54,524 nt of DNA from a virus (taxonomy: Duplodnaviria; Caudoviricetes): the IMG/VR virus record IMGVR_UViG_3300031951_000211, positions 1 to 54,524 of that record; one strand, given 5' to 3'. The translations under genes were made by a program, and so were the position numbers. The notes beneath the pieces are model-generated. The model was given only the letters and a program-made list of their open reading frames with translations, ran no database searches and was not told the DNA's origin. Shown here in pieces: positions 9,924 to 20,473 of this stretch. Positions within the stretch are counted from its first letter, which is position 1. The number at the start of each line of letters is the position of its first letter.

Positions 9924-10854
9924 GATTTTGCATTTCCTTTAAAACTTTATCTACAGTAGGTTCTGGTAGTTCTAGTATGTAAGTTAAGTACTCGCGTACT
10001 TCTTGATCTAGTGACATTTCAGGGTCAAGCATTAGTGCTGAATCACTATCACGCTTGATAACTTTTGAGGCAATCAGTTCTGAATCGGCTAATTCTCCGA
10101 GTTCTTGCATATCGCCTTGGACTTCGTAGACGGTATGGTCAAAGTCTGTAGGAATTGGCGTCTCGTCTGCGGCGATTGTTCGTTTAATGAGTTGCGGCAA
10201 GTTGAATTTAAGCCACCTATGCTCCAAGCTACCAGCATCAAGCAAAATAGCACCGGTATCAACCCTGGAACGATGGAAACTAGTAGTATAAGGACTACCA
10301 GGGTATAGAATATTTCTTTGAGAATTTTCATAACTATGCAAGTCACCTGCTAAAACTACATTCCAGCGATCAAAAAGAGCCAAATCAAGCTCTGGTTTAA
10401 CGTGCGGCGGAATCTCGCCACGAACGTGTGTGCAAAGAATCTTGTTGTTTAGCGCACAGCCGTTTTTCTCAAAGTCTTTTAGCTTGTTGTAAGGAATAAT
10501 ATCAACCACATCATTTGAGTAGTATTCATCAACCACACTTACCAGTGGGTTTAAACGATGTGTGGACTTTTTTAAGTGCGTTAAGAAAGTTGTATCTTTC
10601 TTTAACATTTCGTGATTGCCAGGATAGATCAGTGTTGGCTTAGTAAATGACTCTACAAAATCAAAGTAAAGTTCTACTTCGTCCATTGTTGGCAATCTGT
10701 CAAAAACGTCACCGCCTATTACCACTAAGTCTGCTTCACTTTGCATTTCTGCAAACTGCTCAATAAACAACTTAAATCTGTTTTTAGCCCAATCCAGCGG
10801 AACGTTTTTCTGACCTAGTTTTATGTGTACATCTGCTGTAAAAAGTATTTTCAT
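9904..10854 (-). CDS. SbcD/Mre11-like nuclease (T5 D12)
   Basis: ADVH, GGDVFD, GNHE, AGDLH, YPGSP. Confidence 0.92.
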   Translation of the reverse strand: MKILFTADVHIKLGQKNVPLDWAKNRFKLFIEQFAEMQSEADLVVIGGDVFDRLPTMDEVELYFDFVESFTKPTLIYPGNHEMLKKDTTFLTHLKKSTHRLNPLVSVVDEYYSNDVVDIIPYNKLKDFEKNGCALNNKILCTHVRGEIPPHVKPELDLALFDRWNVVLAGDLHSYENSQRNILYPGSPYTTSFHRSRVDTGAILLDAGSLEHRWLKFNLPQLIKRTIAADETPIPTDFDHTVYEVQGDMQELGELADSELIASKVIKRDSDSALMLDPEMSLDQEVREYLTYILELPEPTVDKVLKEMQNHAEKLS

Positions 10855-10867
10855 ATTATACGAGACA

Positions 10868-10902
10868 AAATAGCCCGCTAAGCTTTTACCTTTAGCGGGC
10901 TA
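10868..10902 (-). terminator. Intrinsic terminator
   Basis: TAGCCCGCTAA...TTAGCGGGCTA hairpin. Confidence 0.75.
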
Positions 10903-10909
10903 CGTGTTT

Positions 10910-11551
10910 TTAACCTAGTTCTTTAACAGCTTCTTGCTCGGCTTCGTCGCCTGAGTCACCGTCTTCAGTGTTTGTGGTAATCTTTTCCAACAGTGCCAGC
11001 ACTTCGGCTTCAGTTGGACGTGGGTACTTTTCGTCAATGGACTTGGCTTCAGCAGCTGCTGCACGCTCGGCTTCGGTTAGTGGGCGTGGCTTGCAACGCA
11101 GTACTGAGAGGTCATAGCTGATGTTAAAAGCCAATGGGCCTGTTTTGCTACGCTTGAACACAACATCCCAGCCAGTGTCTGGATCGGTTGGATCACCAAG
11201 ATCTTCTGCTGCTGACACAATCTGCTCAAACAGTTTCTTTTTCAAGTTCAGGGCTTTTACTTTACCGTCTTTTGGGTCAATACAGTTAACTGTATAGCTC
11301 CATGAGCACTTCAAGTCAGGGAAAAATGCTGGAACGTGGTCTTTTTCCAAGTTGTCAAACTTTTCCTTGTCACGGCTAAAAGCAAGGCACTCAACTGGAA
11401 TATCTTTGTTGTTTGCGCCTTTTAGCCAGTAGATGTAACGTGGAAGAACACCACCGATTAGGCGAACTGTATTTTCGCCGTCTTTGTACTCAAAAGCCTC
11501 AACTTTGTTGGATTGTGCTTTGCCTTTGGTATTTTTAAATGAAATTGCCAT
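10910..11551 (-). CDS. ssDNA-binding protein (T5 D11-like)
   Basis: KDGENTVRLIGGVLPRY.YW, DPTDPDTGWD, acidic tail; synteny. Confidence 0.8.
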   Translation of the reverse strand: MAISFKNTKGKAQSNKVEAFEYKDGENTVRLIGGVLPRYIYWLKGANNKDIPVECLAFSRDKEKFDNLEKDHVPAFFPDLKCSWSYTVNCIDPKDGKVKALNLKKKLFEQIVSAAEDLGDPTDPDTGWDVVFKRSKTGPLAFNISYDLSVLRCKPRPLTEAERAAAAEAKSIDEKYPRPTEAEVLALLEKITTNTEDGDSGDEAEQEAVKELG

Positions 11552-11553
11552 GT

Positions 11554-11928
11554 TTAATTCTCGTATTTGAAATATATTTTGTTTTGTTTTATTTGGAGCA
11601 GGGGATTTAATGCAATAGTGTTTAAGTCTAGGTCTTTAAAATAACTTAAGTCTAGGTAAGTAACTTTGTACAATCTGTATAAGCTATAGTCCCTCCGGCC
11701 TGCTAATCGAATATACTGTGCTTTAAAAGCTATATCCGTGGGGTCGTCAAAAAGTGAAGCGGCATCTAACAAGAAACTGTGTCCGACAAGGTTGCGGTAA
11801 TTATTTGTGTCGCGATGGTTTTTCGGTATTAGTTTTTTGCCAAAGTGCCGTTCCAACATTAAAAGCATTAATTTAGGGTCACAGTTGGTTTCAGACTCCA
11901 GTAGTTCTAAGTTGAAGAATAGGGCCAT
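11554..11928 (-). CDS. Conserved T5-like hypothetical protein
   Basis: Position between D10 and D11; NPLL C-terminus. Confidence 0.65.
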   Translation of the reverse strand: MALFFNLELLESETNCDPKLMLLMLERHFGKKLIPKNHRDTNNYRNLVGHSFLLDAASLFDDPTDIAFKAQYIRLAGRRDYSLYRLYKVTYLDLSYFKDLDLNTIALNPLLQIKQNKIYFKYEN

Positions 11929-11947
11929 AATGTGTTGCTAAGACTAT

Positions 11948-11985
11948 ATTATACTACATTGACCAACGTTTGACAAGTGTAAATT
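11948..11985 (-). promoter_or_regulatory. Phage promoter with AAATTTACAC-TTG upstream element
   Basis: TTGTCA-17-TATAAT. TTG-17-TATAAT promoters, most with a related upstream tract, also at about 16090, 20428, 21432, 24516, 25778, 33083, 38152, 39246, 40845, 52462. Confidence 0.75.
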
Positions 11986-11987
11986 TG

Positions 11988-13283
11988 TCATACCGTTATT
12001 ACTTGCCAGCCTTTACGTAAGTAAAGCGCAAGCCTGTCATTATTTTGTTTCTTATCTGCATATCCAGCAAAGTTAATGTCCACTACTAGTGGGTCTAGTT
12101 TGCCGTCATGCATACGTTGTACACGACCCACAATTTGTTCTAGCAGTGAGTCATTGCTCATTGGAGCAGCTAGGATAACACAGGACAAGCTGTTAATAGA
12201 TATGCCTTCTGAGAAGATTTGCCTGCTACCGCAAATGGCTTTTTTCTCTCCTGAGAGCACTTGCTGTTTAACAAGTTGTCGTTCTTCGTATTCGGTGTCG
12301 CCTGTAACAACCGCGCAATCTTCACCAATGTATTCCTTTACTTTGTGTAGAAACTCTACTCGATCTGCAATAACCAGTACCGAATGACCATTGCTAATAT
12401 GCATTTGTGCAAGGCCAGCAATAAACTGTCGGTAGTTTTCAGACTCTAGTAGTTCTGTTACTTTTTCAACCCAAGGCACGCCAGGTTTAAGCGTAATTCC
12501 ACTTTTAACAATGTGCACTGTGGGTGTTAGTGTATGCGACTGTGGCGGTTTGTAGACTAGTGGGCCAAAGTAGTCGCCGAATAGGATGTGTTTGCCGTCT
12601 TTGCGAATCATTGTGCCACTAAGGGCGATTCGGTAACGAGCATGAAAAGCGTCCACTGTTTGTGCAAATGTAGTGGCAGGACAGTGGTGGGCTTCGTCCA
12701 AGATAATAGTCCCAAACTCCTTAGCCAGGTCACCAGTGTGTTTGCTGAGCGTCTGTATATTGGCCACTGTGATAAAGTGGTCTTCGTGGTCAACTCGTCC
12801 ACCACCAATAACGCCTGGTTGTATCCCGAATAACACTTCGACTTCTTCGCACCACTGGTCTCGAAGTGCTGCGGTATGGGTGATAACAAGAGTTTTTTGT
12901 CCAAACTTGTGTGCAAGGTGTAAGGCTGTAAAAGTCTTTCCCCATCCCACAAGGGCATTGATAAAGCAGGTGTCGTCGATTGGGTCATAAACCACTTGCT
13001 GTTCGGGTCGTAAACCAAATTTAGGCGTTGGGAAAGGCACATCCTCAAGCACTCGTTTATCAATGATTTCATAGTCTTCGGGCACTAAATCTAGTCTGCC
13101 TTGCGGTATGCTGAGTATACCTTTTGGCAGGACTTTGTAGTTTTTGATAGTTTCTACTGGTGAGAACTTTTTAGCGCCAGTGTCTTTTTTGATTTTGTAC
13201 GTAAGTGCACTAATAATCTTTTTGGTATGTTCCACACCAGGATTATCCATGTAAATACGGTTTGATATTACTGCTTTAGGCAT
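11988..13283 (-). CDS. SF2 DEAH helicase (T5 D10-like)
   Basis: GWGKT, DEAHH, LSGT, QIVGRVQR. Confidence 0.92.
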   Translation of the reverse strand: MPKAVISNRIYMDNPGVEHTKKIISALTYKIKKDTGAKKFSPVETIKNYKVLPKGILSIPQGRLDLVPEDYEIIDKRVLEDVPFPTPKFGLRPEQQVVYDPIDDTCFINALVGWGKTFTALHLAHKFGQKTLVITHTAALRDQWCEEVEVLFGIQPGVIGGGRVDHEDHFITVANIQTLSKHTGDLAKEFGTIILDEAHHCPATTFAQTVDAFHARYRIALSGTMIRKDGKHILFGDYFGPLVYKPPQSHTLTPTVHIVKSGITLKPGVPWVEKVTELLESENYRQFIAGLAQMHISNGHSVLVIADRVEFLHKVKEYIGEDCAVVTGDTEYEERQLVKQQVLSGEKKAICGSRQIFSEGISINSLSCVILAAPMSNDSLLEQIVGRVQRMHDGKLDPLVVDINFAGYADKKQNNDRLALYLRKGWQVITV

Positions 13284-13813
13284 TAGACCATTCTCCAACT
13301 ATCTGGCTCTAGTTTTTCACAAAAGCCATAAAAAATAAATCCCATGCCGTGCTGCAACACTCTGGCATAACTTTCGAACTCACCTGGGTGTCGCATACAT
13401 TTAAATCGTGAACTAATGCCACATAATTCAACAACACACCCTAGACCATCTGCAGGTAAAACTTGTTTTATCTTCTTTGTTGTTAGTTTGGCGCGTAGCG
13501 TTTTTCTGTACTGGAATACGTGTCCGCTACTATCAATAAACCAAGTCTTTGATTTTGCCAACTTAACCAAGTCTGCTAAAAAATAAACCGCAGTGCGAAT
13601 TGCAAACAGCTTTTCGTCCTGCGATTTTAGTTGTAGACGACGTAATCCTAGTGTTGCACCAGGCACCGATTTATCGTCTACAACTTTAAAGCTAACAGCA
13701 GGCTGGTTTTGTTCGTCAACATAGTTAACCAAGTAGTATACCACACCATCACGCTGTTGAGGCTCACGCTCACCCAGCTTGAACACGGGCCAGGTTATTT
13801 CCGTTAAATTCAT
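13283..13813 (-). CDS. Conserved T5-like hypothetical protein
   Basis: WPVF, TLGLRRL, WFIDSSG; between pol and D10 as in T5. Confidence 0.7.
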   Translation of the reverse strand: MNLTEITWPVFKLGEREPQQRDGVVYYLVNYVDEQNQPAVSFKVVDDKSVPGATLGLRRLQLKSQDEKLFAIRTAVYFLADLVKLAKSKTWFIDSSGHVFQYRKTLRAKLTTKKIKQVLPADGLGCVVELCGISSRFKCMRHPGEFESYARVLQHGMGFIFYGFCEKLEPDSWRMV

Positions 13814-16067
13814 AGAACTTTTCCCAGTCACCAAAACTGTAGTCATTGCCAACGTCTTGGTCAACACCAATAGGTGTGCCAGGAATCTCACAGCCCCATT
13901 CGTGCTGAGTGTTACGCTTTAGGATCTCGCAGTATTCCACCACATCTTCGTCTTTTACAAGCGCAACAATCGAGTCATGAACCAACATAAAGATTTTAGC
14001 ATCTAAGCCCTTTGCTGAAATCTCATTTGCTGTTCGCATAGCTCCAAGTAAGTTAACGTCACTGGCGAGACTTTGGACTTCTGCGTTGATTCCACTACGG
14101 ACTTCGTGAGCTGCAATGCCTTTATCTGAGCTAAACACATTAGGTAGTCTGCGTTTGCGGCCGAAAAAGGAATAAGTGTATCCGTTTTGCTCAATAAACT
14201 GTTTTCTGTCATTTAGCCACTGTTTTAGTTTGTTGAATTTTGTAAAGTATGCTTTGATATCATCACGGGCTTGTTCAACCGGATAGGTTTCACCTTCAGG
14301 TAGACCCTTGGTAACTGTTTCGGCAACTTTGTTAGCACCTGAACCGTACAAAATACCGAATGAAATAGCCTTAGCACTCTGACGCATATTGCCGTATAGT
14401 TTTTTAACATCTTCAACTGGACAAGGCAGTGAAAACACCATTTTAGCAATTGTTGAGTGAAAGTCGCCACCGCTGGAGAATACCTTTTGCAGGTTCTTGT
14501 CGCCTGACAACACAGCAGCATAGTACATTTCAGCTGTTGTCAAGTCTTGCGATACAATTTTATAGCCAGCTGGAGCCTGTAAGCAACCTTTGATAATAGG
14601 GTTGTCCCTAGGTATTTGCTGAGCGTTGAACTTGCCACTACTAGACAGGCGACCACTAGTAGTAAAGATAAGATTAAAATTTGTACGGATACGACCATCA
14701 CGGTCAATTTCCGGTAAAATCTTGGAAATATAGGTATTTTGAATCTTGCCAAGTTGACGTACCTTTAAAATCGCCGCTGGCAATGCATGCTCTTCGGACA
14801 ACTCACCGAGCACTTCTGCATCGGTTGAGACGGCTCCGGTAGCAGTCTTTTTACCAGTAGGATTGAGTCCCAAATAATCAAATAACACAACACGAAGCTG
14901 CATAACTGAGTTGGGGTTAAATATTTTTCCGGAATCTTTTTCATACTGCTTTACCGCATCAAAACTGTAAACCAGCTTTTTGGCTTCTTCAATTTCACTG
15001 TCCAAGTACTTTTCAGCAGCTGCCATACGCTCACGGCTAACAGGAATACCTACTTCTTCCATGTCCATTAGGAACAGTGTACCAGGAATCAGGATTTCTT
15101 CATAGACTTTGCGTAGCTTGGGGTTGGCTTGAACAATAGGCCAGAACTTGTGGAATAGATCAAAAGTAACCGCAGTGTCAATCGACGCGTATTCGCTGAT
15201 TACATCAAACGGAATCAAGTCGTAAGTAAAATCTTCTTGCAACATACCATGCTGTGCACAGTATGCTTTTTTGTACTCGTCTAGCGGTGTATCGTAATCG
15301 CCGTAATCGGTGTACTTTAGGGCCAAAGGCTTCAAACCATGACTATCAGTTTCATCCAGCACATAGTGCATTACCATTGTGTCATGTACACGACTACGTG
15401 GAAAGTCGATGCCAAGATGATACTTAATCATCTTGAAGTCAAACTTCATGTTGTGAAACACTGGATGGAATGTATCAGCAATTTTTTGCAGCAGTGCAAT
15501 ACATTCTTCATCTAAGCAGTCAGTTTCAATGTACCTGCCCTGATGAGTTTTGTAGGTTAATGACAAGCCTAGCACATAACCATCACGAGGGTAAAGTGCA
15601 GTTGTTTCCGTGTCCCAAGCAACATAGCCTTGGGCATTGTCTAAGATTTCCTGCAAGTAACGCTTGGCTTCTGCGGTATCTTGAATACCTGCATAGTCGC
15701 CAACCACTTTGGTGGCTTTTAGTTCTCCACTTACGTACTTGTGAATTTTATCGCAAGCACGTTGAAAGTCTGGTTTGCCTTCTGGCTTAAACGCCAGCAT
15801 AGCTGGATTACTAATGGCGATAAATTTATCGTCTACTAGTTGTCCAGCCATGTTTGTTACTGACGTAATCTTGGCGTATTCCTTGGCGGCTTCTGCACCT
15901 ACTAAGATAACAAAGTCGTAAGGCTCCAAGTCAACTACTAAGTCCACATCTTTTTTCAGTAGTTTTGTAACTGGTACACTACTCATATGGTAGTGGTCAA
16001 ATTCAAACTGAAAGTAGTCTGTGTATCTAGTACGATTAGGTGCTTTGTCAATTAACGCAATTTTCAT
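13770..16067 (-). CDS. DNA polymerase, family A, with 3'-5' exonuclease
   Basis: DTETT, HNMKFD, TSGRLSS, RQSAKAISFGILYG, LVHDS. Confidence 0.96.
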   Translation of the reverse strand: MKIALIDKAPNRTRYTDYFQFEFDHYHMSSVPVTKLLKKDVDLVVDLEPYDFVILVGAEAAKEYAKITSVTNMAGQLVDDKFIAISNPAMLAFKPEGKPDFQRACDKIHKYVSGELKATKVVGDYAGIQDTAEAKRYLQEILDNAQGYVAWDTETTALYPRDGYVLGLSLTYKTHQGRYIETDCLDEECIALLQKIADTFHPVFHNMKFDFKMIKYHLGIDFPRSRVHDTMVMHYVLDETDSHGLKPLALKYTDYGDYDTPLDEYKKAYCAQHGMLQEDFTYDLIPFDVISEYASIDTAVTFDLFHKFWPIVQANPKLRKVYEEILIPGTLFLMDMEEVGIPVSRERMAAAEKYLDSEIEEAKKLVYSFDAVKQYEKDSGKIFNPNSVMQLRVVLFDYLGLNPTGKKTATGAVSTDAEVLGELSEEHALPAAILKVRQLGKIQNTYISKILPEIDRDGRIRTNFNLIFTTSGRLSSSGKFNAQQIPRDNPIIKGCLQAPAGYKIVSQDLTTAEMYYAAVLSGDKNLQKVFSSGGDFHSTIAKMVFSLPCPVEDVKKLYGNMRQSAKAISFGILYGSGANKVAETVTKGLPEGETYPVEQARDDIKAYFTKFNKLKQWLNDRKQFIEQNGYTYSFFGRKRRLPNVFSSDKGIAAHEVRSGINAEVQSLASDVNLLGAMRTANEISAKGLDAKIFMLVHDSIVALVKDEDVVEYCEILKRNTQHEWGCEIPGTPIGVDQDVGNDYSFGDWEKFYEFNGNNLARVQAG

Positions 16068-16114
16068 GTAATAATCCTTGTGATACTTTATTATAGCGTA
16101 TCTGGGCTAATAGT

Positions 16115-16282
16115 TCAAGTTTGTTTTTGTTCTCTGGCTGCTAAAATACGATCAAGTAGTTTGTACTCTGTTTCAGCTATCCAGTAATGTGGACGCTGTA
16201 GCCATATATCTTTCCACTCATCACGCAGCTGTTTAATGCGTTCAGCGGGCAGCGAATTTAAATATTCTTCTTTTGTGCTCAT
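16115..16282 (-). CDS. Small hypothetical protein (55 aa)
   Basis: MSTKEEYLNSLPAERIKQLRDEW...; start overlaps primase stop; below ORF-track cutoff. Confidence 0.55.
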   Translation of the reverse strand: MSTKEEYLNSLPAERIKQLRDEWKDIWLQRPHYWIAETEYKLLDRILAAREQKQT

Positions 16283-17133
16283 TTGTTTACATACTCTGCA
16301 ATACTTCGCACATTTTCGGCATCTAATTCGCCTGGGTCTGTGCCGTCTGGTAAGTCGATGATTTCAACAACAAAGCCTTCTGCTTCGAGCAATGGTTTGA
16401 GTTCACGGGCGGCACTGTTACCGGCAGCATCCCCGTCAAAAAGCAAGTAAATGTGCGTGATTCCTTGAGCTCGGAATGGTAGCAATTTTTGTTTTGTGTC
16501 ATTTTGAAGTGTTTTAGTACCAAAAGCGCAAACAACGTTTTCGCAACCGTTGTCGTATAAGTTAAGCATATCAAACATACCTTCCACTATTACCATTGAC
16601 GAGTACCCACTGGGTAAGTGTGCAGGAAATAGCGGAATTTTTACACCACTAGGGTAGTTTATATATCGTGGATTACCGGCACTCATGGTGTGGCGACCAA
16701 CAAACACTACTGTTTTTTGTGTAATGTCACGAATAGGGAACACAATACGATCTTGTAGCTTTTCAACTTGATTGGTATAAAAAGCACCAAAGTGTTTTAA
16801 TGTTGCTGGTGAAACACCACGAAATGTTTTTGTCCAAGGTGTGTAGCCTTGCGGCAATTCTAATTCTTGACCAAATGCTTTTAGTGCTGCTAGTTTTTCT
16901 TTTAGTTGTGCAATCTTCATTGGTACGGGGTTGGTAAAAACTCCGTAAAACTTAAAAAGATTGGTTTTAAAGCCACAAGCAAAGCAGTGGGCAACTCCCG
17001 ACACCCTGTCAACTCGAAAACTGGGATTTGAGTCAGGATGCTCTGGGTTTAAGCATTTGATAAGATAATCACGACCCGACACTTGATAGCCTAGGCCGTT
17101 CTTTTGTAGTAGTTCTAGTACTGGGTCGCTCAT
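16279..17133 (-). CDS. DNA primase
   Basis: CLNPEHPD...CFAC zinc finger; VEGMFD and FDGD TOPRIM motifs. Confidence 0.92.
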   Translation of the reverse strand: MSDPVLELLQKNGLGYQVSGRDYLIKCLNPEHPDSNPSFRVDRVSGVAHCFACGFKTNLFKFYGVFTNPVPMKIAQLKEKLAALKAFGQELELPQGYTPWTKTFRGVSPATLKHFGAFYTNQVEKLQDRIVFPIRDITQKTVVFVGRHTMSAGNPRYINYPSGVKIPLFPAHLPSGYSSMVIVEGMFDMLNLYDNGCENVVCAFGTKTLQNDTKQKLLPFRAQGITHIYLLFDGDAAGNSAARELKPLLEAEGFVVEIIDLPDGTDPGELDAENVRSIAEYVNK

Positions 17134-18521
17134 TATGCATTCCAAGGTAAATCAGCACCACTATCAGGCACTGCAACTACTTCTTCACTATTTTTCTTTG
17201 CACGTTTTACCGCTTCTTTAGCAGCAGGTTTGTCCACGCTCTGTGGCGAGATGCGTAGTGTGTCCCAGTCAATCGGGCATGTAAACGCCATTTCCTTGCC
17301 GCCTCGGATCTTAGTGGTTTCAAAAGAAACTGCATTGGTTTCTTTGTCGTGAGCTTCCATTGTAAGTGCGATATCTGCGGCATCCAAAATACCTTTGGCA
17401 AAACGGGCTTCTCCGTCTTTGTCGATCTGATACGGGCTAACCATAACGATCTCGTACTTACGGGCCAAGTTTTTAAGTTTCTTGGAGACTTCAATTTGTG
17501 GTTTCCAATCATACTGATCGTTTCCTTCTAGCACAATTTGGTTTAAGTAGTCAACTACCGCAACCTTTAGCTTGTCACCGAACTTTGCTTTGGCTTTGCC
17601 AATGTGCAAGTCGATACTGCTTAGGGTCAGGTCACGATCGTCAACAATAATCATTTGGTTGTCAGCTTTTAACTGAAAGTTACGTACTAGTGTTTCTTCA
17701 AATTTAAATCTGTCACGATGACGCAAGAACTCGCCAACAGTGTCATCAGCGTTTTCAAACATTCCTGCTCTTGCACGTACCACTCTTAGTACTTCTTCAT
17801 CTGTTAATTTGTGTTGCTTTAGGTTCTGAAGATTAACATTGGCTAAAATAGCCAAGTTACGCTCCATGGTCTCTTTTGCAGTCATTTCAATACTGAAATA
17901 AATACAACTGTTACCAGACTCATATTGATTAATAAAAAGATTGCTACAACTAATAGATTTACCGGAGCCCCGCTTACCCCCAATGAGAATGAGTTCCTGG
18001 CGAGCAACCCCACCAAGAACACTGTCAAAGCTATTATTAAGGCCAAGGTAAACACGTTCGCGCTCCAAGTCTTCAGGATGGCTAAACATCATCATGTCAG
18101 CCATTGTAAACACCTTTTCACTGGTGTGAGTTTTTTCTTCGATTGTTAGCGCAATTGTCGCTAAGTTTTCTTTTATTTCATTTGTGTCGTATAGGGGTAA
18201 TTTATCTACGAACTTATCTAGTAATTTTACCGTTTCACTTTGAGTGTACTGGTCGATTAGTGCGTCCAGTGCAACTTCTGCTGAAACGTCTGGTACCTCG
18301 GTTAACCGGAGAGTTGCCAGTGTTTTTGACGCCGGACCCTCCCTTAAGGTTAGTTCGAGTTCATCGAACGACGGAATAGCGCTGTACTTTTCATAGTACT
18401 TGTTTACCACGCTATACAAGGAAGAATACGCAGGATCTAAAAACACTAACTTGAGTTTGGCCCAGATATCCAGGTTACGTTCTGTTAGTAATTTATTTAA
18501 GACTACTGCTGATGTATCCAA
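17133..18521 (-). CDS. Replicative DnaB-like helicase
   Basis: GGKRGSGKS, FSIEM, VVDYLN. Confidence 0.9.
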   Translation of the reverse strand: MDTSAVVLNKLLTERNLDIWAKLKLVFLDPAYSSLYSVVNKYYEKYSAIPSFDELELTLREGPASKTLATLRLTEVPDVSAEVALDALIDQYTQSETVKLLDKFVDKLPLYDTNEIKENLATIALTIEEKTHTSEKVFTMADMMMFSHPEDLERERVYLGLNNSFDSVLGGVARQELILIGGKRGSGKSISCSNLFINQYESGNSCIYFSIEMTAKETMERNLAILANVNLQNLKQHKLTDEEVLRVVRARAGMFENADDTVGEFLRHRDRFKFEETLVRNFQLKADNQMIIVDDRDLTLSSIDLHIGKAKAKFGDKLKVAVVDYLNQIVLEGNDQYDWKPQIEVSKKLKNLARKYEIVMVSPYQIDKDGEARFAKGILDAADIALTMEAHDKETNAVSFETTKIRGGKEMAFTCPIDWDTLRISPQSVDKPAAKEAVKRAKKNSEEVVAVPDSGADLPWNA

Positions 18522-18522
18522 G

Positions 18523-18822
18523 TTACCCTACTTTCGCTTCATTGTCTATAATAACTTGATCTACGATTTCAGTAACTTTGTACATTATCTGATCTCGTAA
18601 CTTTTTTAAATCTTGCTGATATGTTGCACCACTGTCATACAGCAAACTCAACTGCTCGTGAGTTATCAACTGCTGTAGTCCAAAGTAAATGTGGTCATAA
18701 GCCATTGTAGATTCTGGTGTGATTTCTACGTGTGCGGCTTTGCCGTAGTTGTGTACAGCTTGCTTTACAACTTCTTCCATTGTAAACGATTCGTTGTCGT
18801 GGTATGTGATTGTAACACGCAT
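18523..18822 (-). CDS. Hypothetical protein
   Basis: ORF with GGAGG RBS. Confidence 0.7.
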   Translation of the reverse strand: MRVTITYHDNESFTMEEVVKQAVHNYGKAAHVEITPESTMAYDHIYFGLQQLITHEQLSLLYDSGATYQQDLKKLRDQIMYKVTEIVDQVIIDNEAKVG

Positions 18823-18842
18823 ACTTTGACCTCCTAAAACAG

Positions 18843-18877
18843 AAAAAGCCCGGGAGCTTTATGGGACTCCCGGGCTA
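18843..18877 (-). terminator. Intrinsic terminator after D5
   Basis: AGCCCGGGAG...CTCCCGGGCT plus T-tract. Confidence 0.85.
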
Positions 18878-18892
18878 TTGGTTTAAACCAAA

Positions 18893-19642
18893 TTAAGCAG
18901 CTGCTTTAGCTTCGGCTTTGGCTTTCTTAGCTGCACCATCATAGTCTGCAACTTTAATGCCACGGCGAGTCAGCAATGTACGCAGACCACGCTCTGTTTT
19001 GTCAACTGCTTGAGCAATTTCTGCAACAGTCATAGTGTGGATACGGTCACCAAGTGCAACCACTGGATCAACGGACTCTTTGGCATGAGATTCGCGCTGT
19101 GCTGGAATCTTGCTGATCTGACCTTTACGAGTCAGGCTCAGTGCCTTACCACGAACTGAAGCAACAGTTTTGTTTAGCTTAGCGGCAATATCTTCGATAA
19201 AGTTACCGGCATCAGCCATTTTCACAAAAGTAGCTTCTTCGGCTTCTGTGTAAGTACGTGCAACTTCTACTTTTTCAGCAGGCTTTACACTACCAGTTAG
19301 TTCCAGGGCCAACAGCTTGCCTTGGATTTGTTTTGCAGAGAACTTGCCGTCAGCAAAGTTTTCAGCGATTTCTTTGTAAGTCAAGTTACCGGCATTTGCC
19401 TGAACGAAATCGGCAAGATCAGCGCCTTCGTCAGCAGTAAATGCACTGGTTTTTTCTTTTGCAAGACTAGCAACTTCACGGTCAAGTTGACGCAGTTTGC
19501 TAGCGATACTGCGAGTGGTTTTACCCAGTTGTTCAGCAGCACGCTCAACGCTATCAACGCTAACAGGGCTTTCGTTACCAACGATTTGCATCAATTGGTC
19601 AACAGCTTCGTCAGACCAGTTCTTAGTGGCTTTTTCAGTCAT
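18893..19642 (-). CDS. DNA-binding protein with tandem HTH repeats (T5 D5-like)
   Basis: Repeated W/Y-T-x-E...IA..L.KT..S units; synteny. Confidence 0.85.
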   Translation of the reverse strand: MTEKATKNWSDEAVDQLMQIVGNESPVSVDSVERAAEQLGKTTRSIASKLRQLDREVASLAKEKTSAFTADEGADLADFVQANAGNLTYKEIAENFADGKFSAKQIQGKLLALELTGSVKPAEKVEVARTYTEAEEATFVKMADAGNFIEDIAAKLNKTVASVRGKALSLTRKGQISKIPAQRESHAKESVDPVVALGDRIHTMTVAEIAQAVDKTERGLRTLLTRRGIKVADYDGAAKKAKAEAKAAA

Positions 19643-20402
19643 TTGTATTTTCTTTCAAGAAAGTATTTAAGTTTGTTATAATTGGGATGCCAAGTGATTC
19701 GGCTTTTTTGCGTTTTGTACTAGCCTTATCTTCTTCATCAACTAAATAGTCTGTTGTTTTAGTAACAGACTCTACTGCTCTGTAACCGGCAGCTTCCAGT
19801 GCGGTGTACGCCTCTGCTTTGGTTTTGTAAGAAGATAATTTTCCTGTGATACAAACAGTCTTGGAATTATTATTACTGATTGTATTGGAATTGAGATTAG
19901 ACTTAAAAGAGAACGGCAAAAACTCTCGCAAGTCAGGAAAATCAGTTTGTAACCAAGTAATTAGGTTTTCGGTTACTTTATCACCTAAACCTGCGCTTTT
20001 GCAGGTTTCGTATGTGATTTGGTCAATATGCTCAACCACTTCACAAATCTTTTTACTAGCGGTGTTACCTACCAGTGGAATTGAAAAACTGGCAAGCACT
20101 GTGGCTAAGTCAGCGGATTTAGCACGATTAATTTCATCAAGGAGTTTAGCCGCTGTTTTTTCACTGCCTAGTGCCACGGCTACACTATCCAAATCTAAAT
20201 AAAACAGCTCAGTTAAATCTTGCAAATCAAGTTTTTCAATTGACTTTGGGCCCATACCTTTGATGCCTAGTGTCTTGCAAAAGTGTTCAACTTTTTTACC
20301 AAGTTGAGCACCGCAAGCCGTGTTGCGACAAAAGAGTTGATCGTTGACCAATTCTAATGGGTAGCTACAGCAAGGGCAGGTTGTTGGGATTTCGATCTTC
20401 AT
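19635..20402 (-). CDS. NAD-dependent DNA ligase subunit B (Zn finger, HhH, BRCT)
   Basis: CPCC...C...C, IKGMG, VCITGKL...VTKTTDYLV. Confidence 0.9.
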   Translation of the reverse strand: MKIEIPTTCPCCSYPLELVNDQLFCRNTACGAQLGKKVEHFCKTLGIKGMGPKSIEKLDLQDLTELFYLDLDSVAVALGSEKTAAKLLDEINRAKSADLATVLASFSIPLVGNTASKKICEVVEHIDQITYETCKSAGLGDKVTENLITWLQTDFPDLREFLPFSFKSNLNSNTISNNNSKTVCITGKLSSYKTKAEAYTALEAAGYRAVESVTKTTDYLVDEEDKASTKRKKAESLGIPIITNLNTFLKENTND

Positions 20403-20473
20403 GGTGTTTTATTGCTTTGTAGACTATATTATACCGGTTTGGGAGTGCTGTGACAAGTGTAAATTTTTATTGC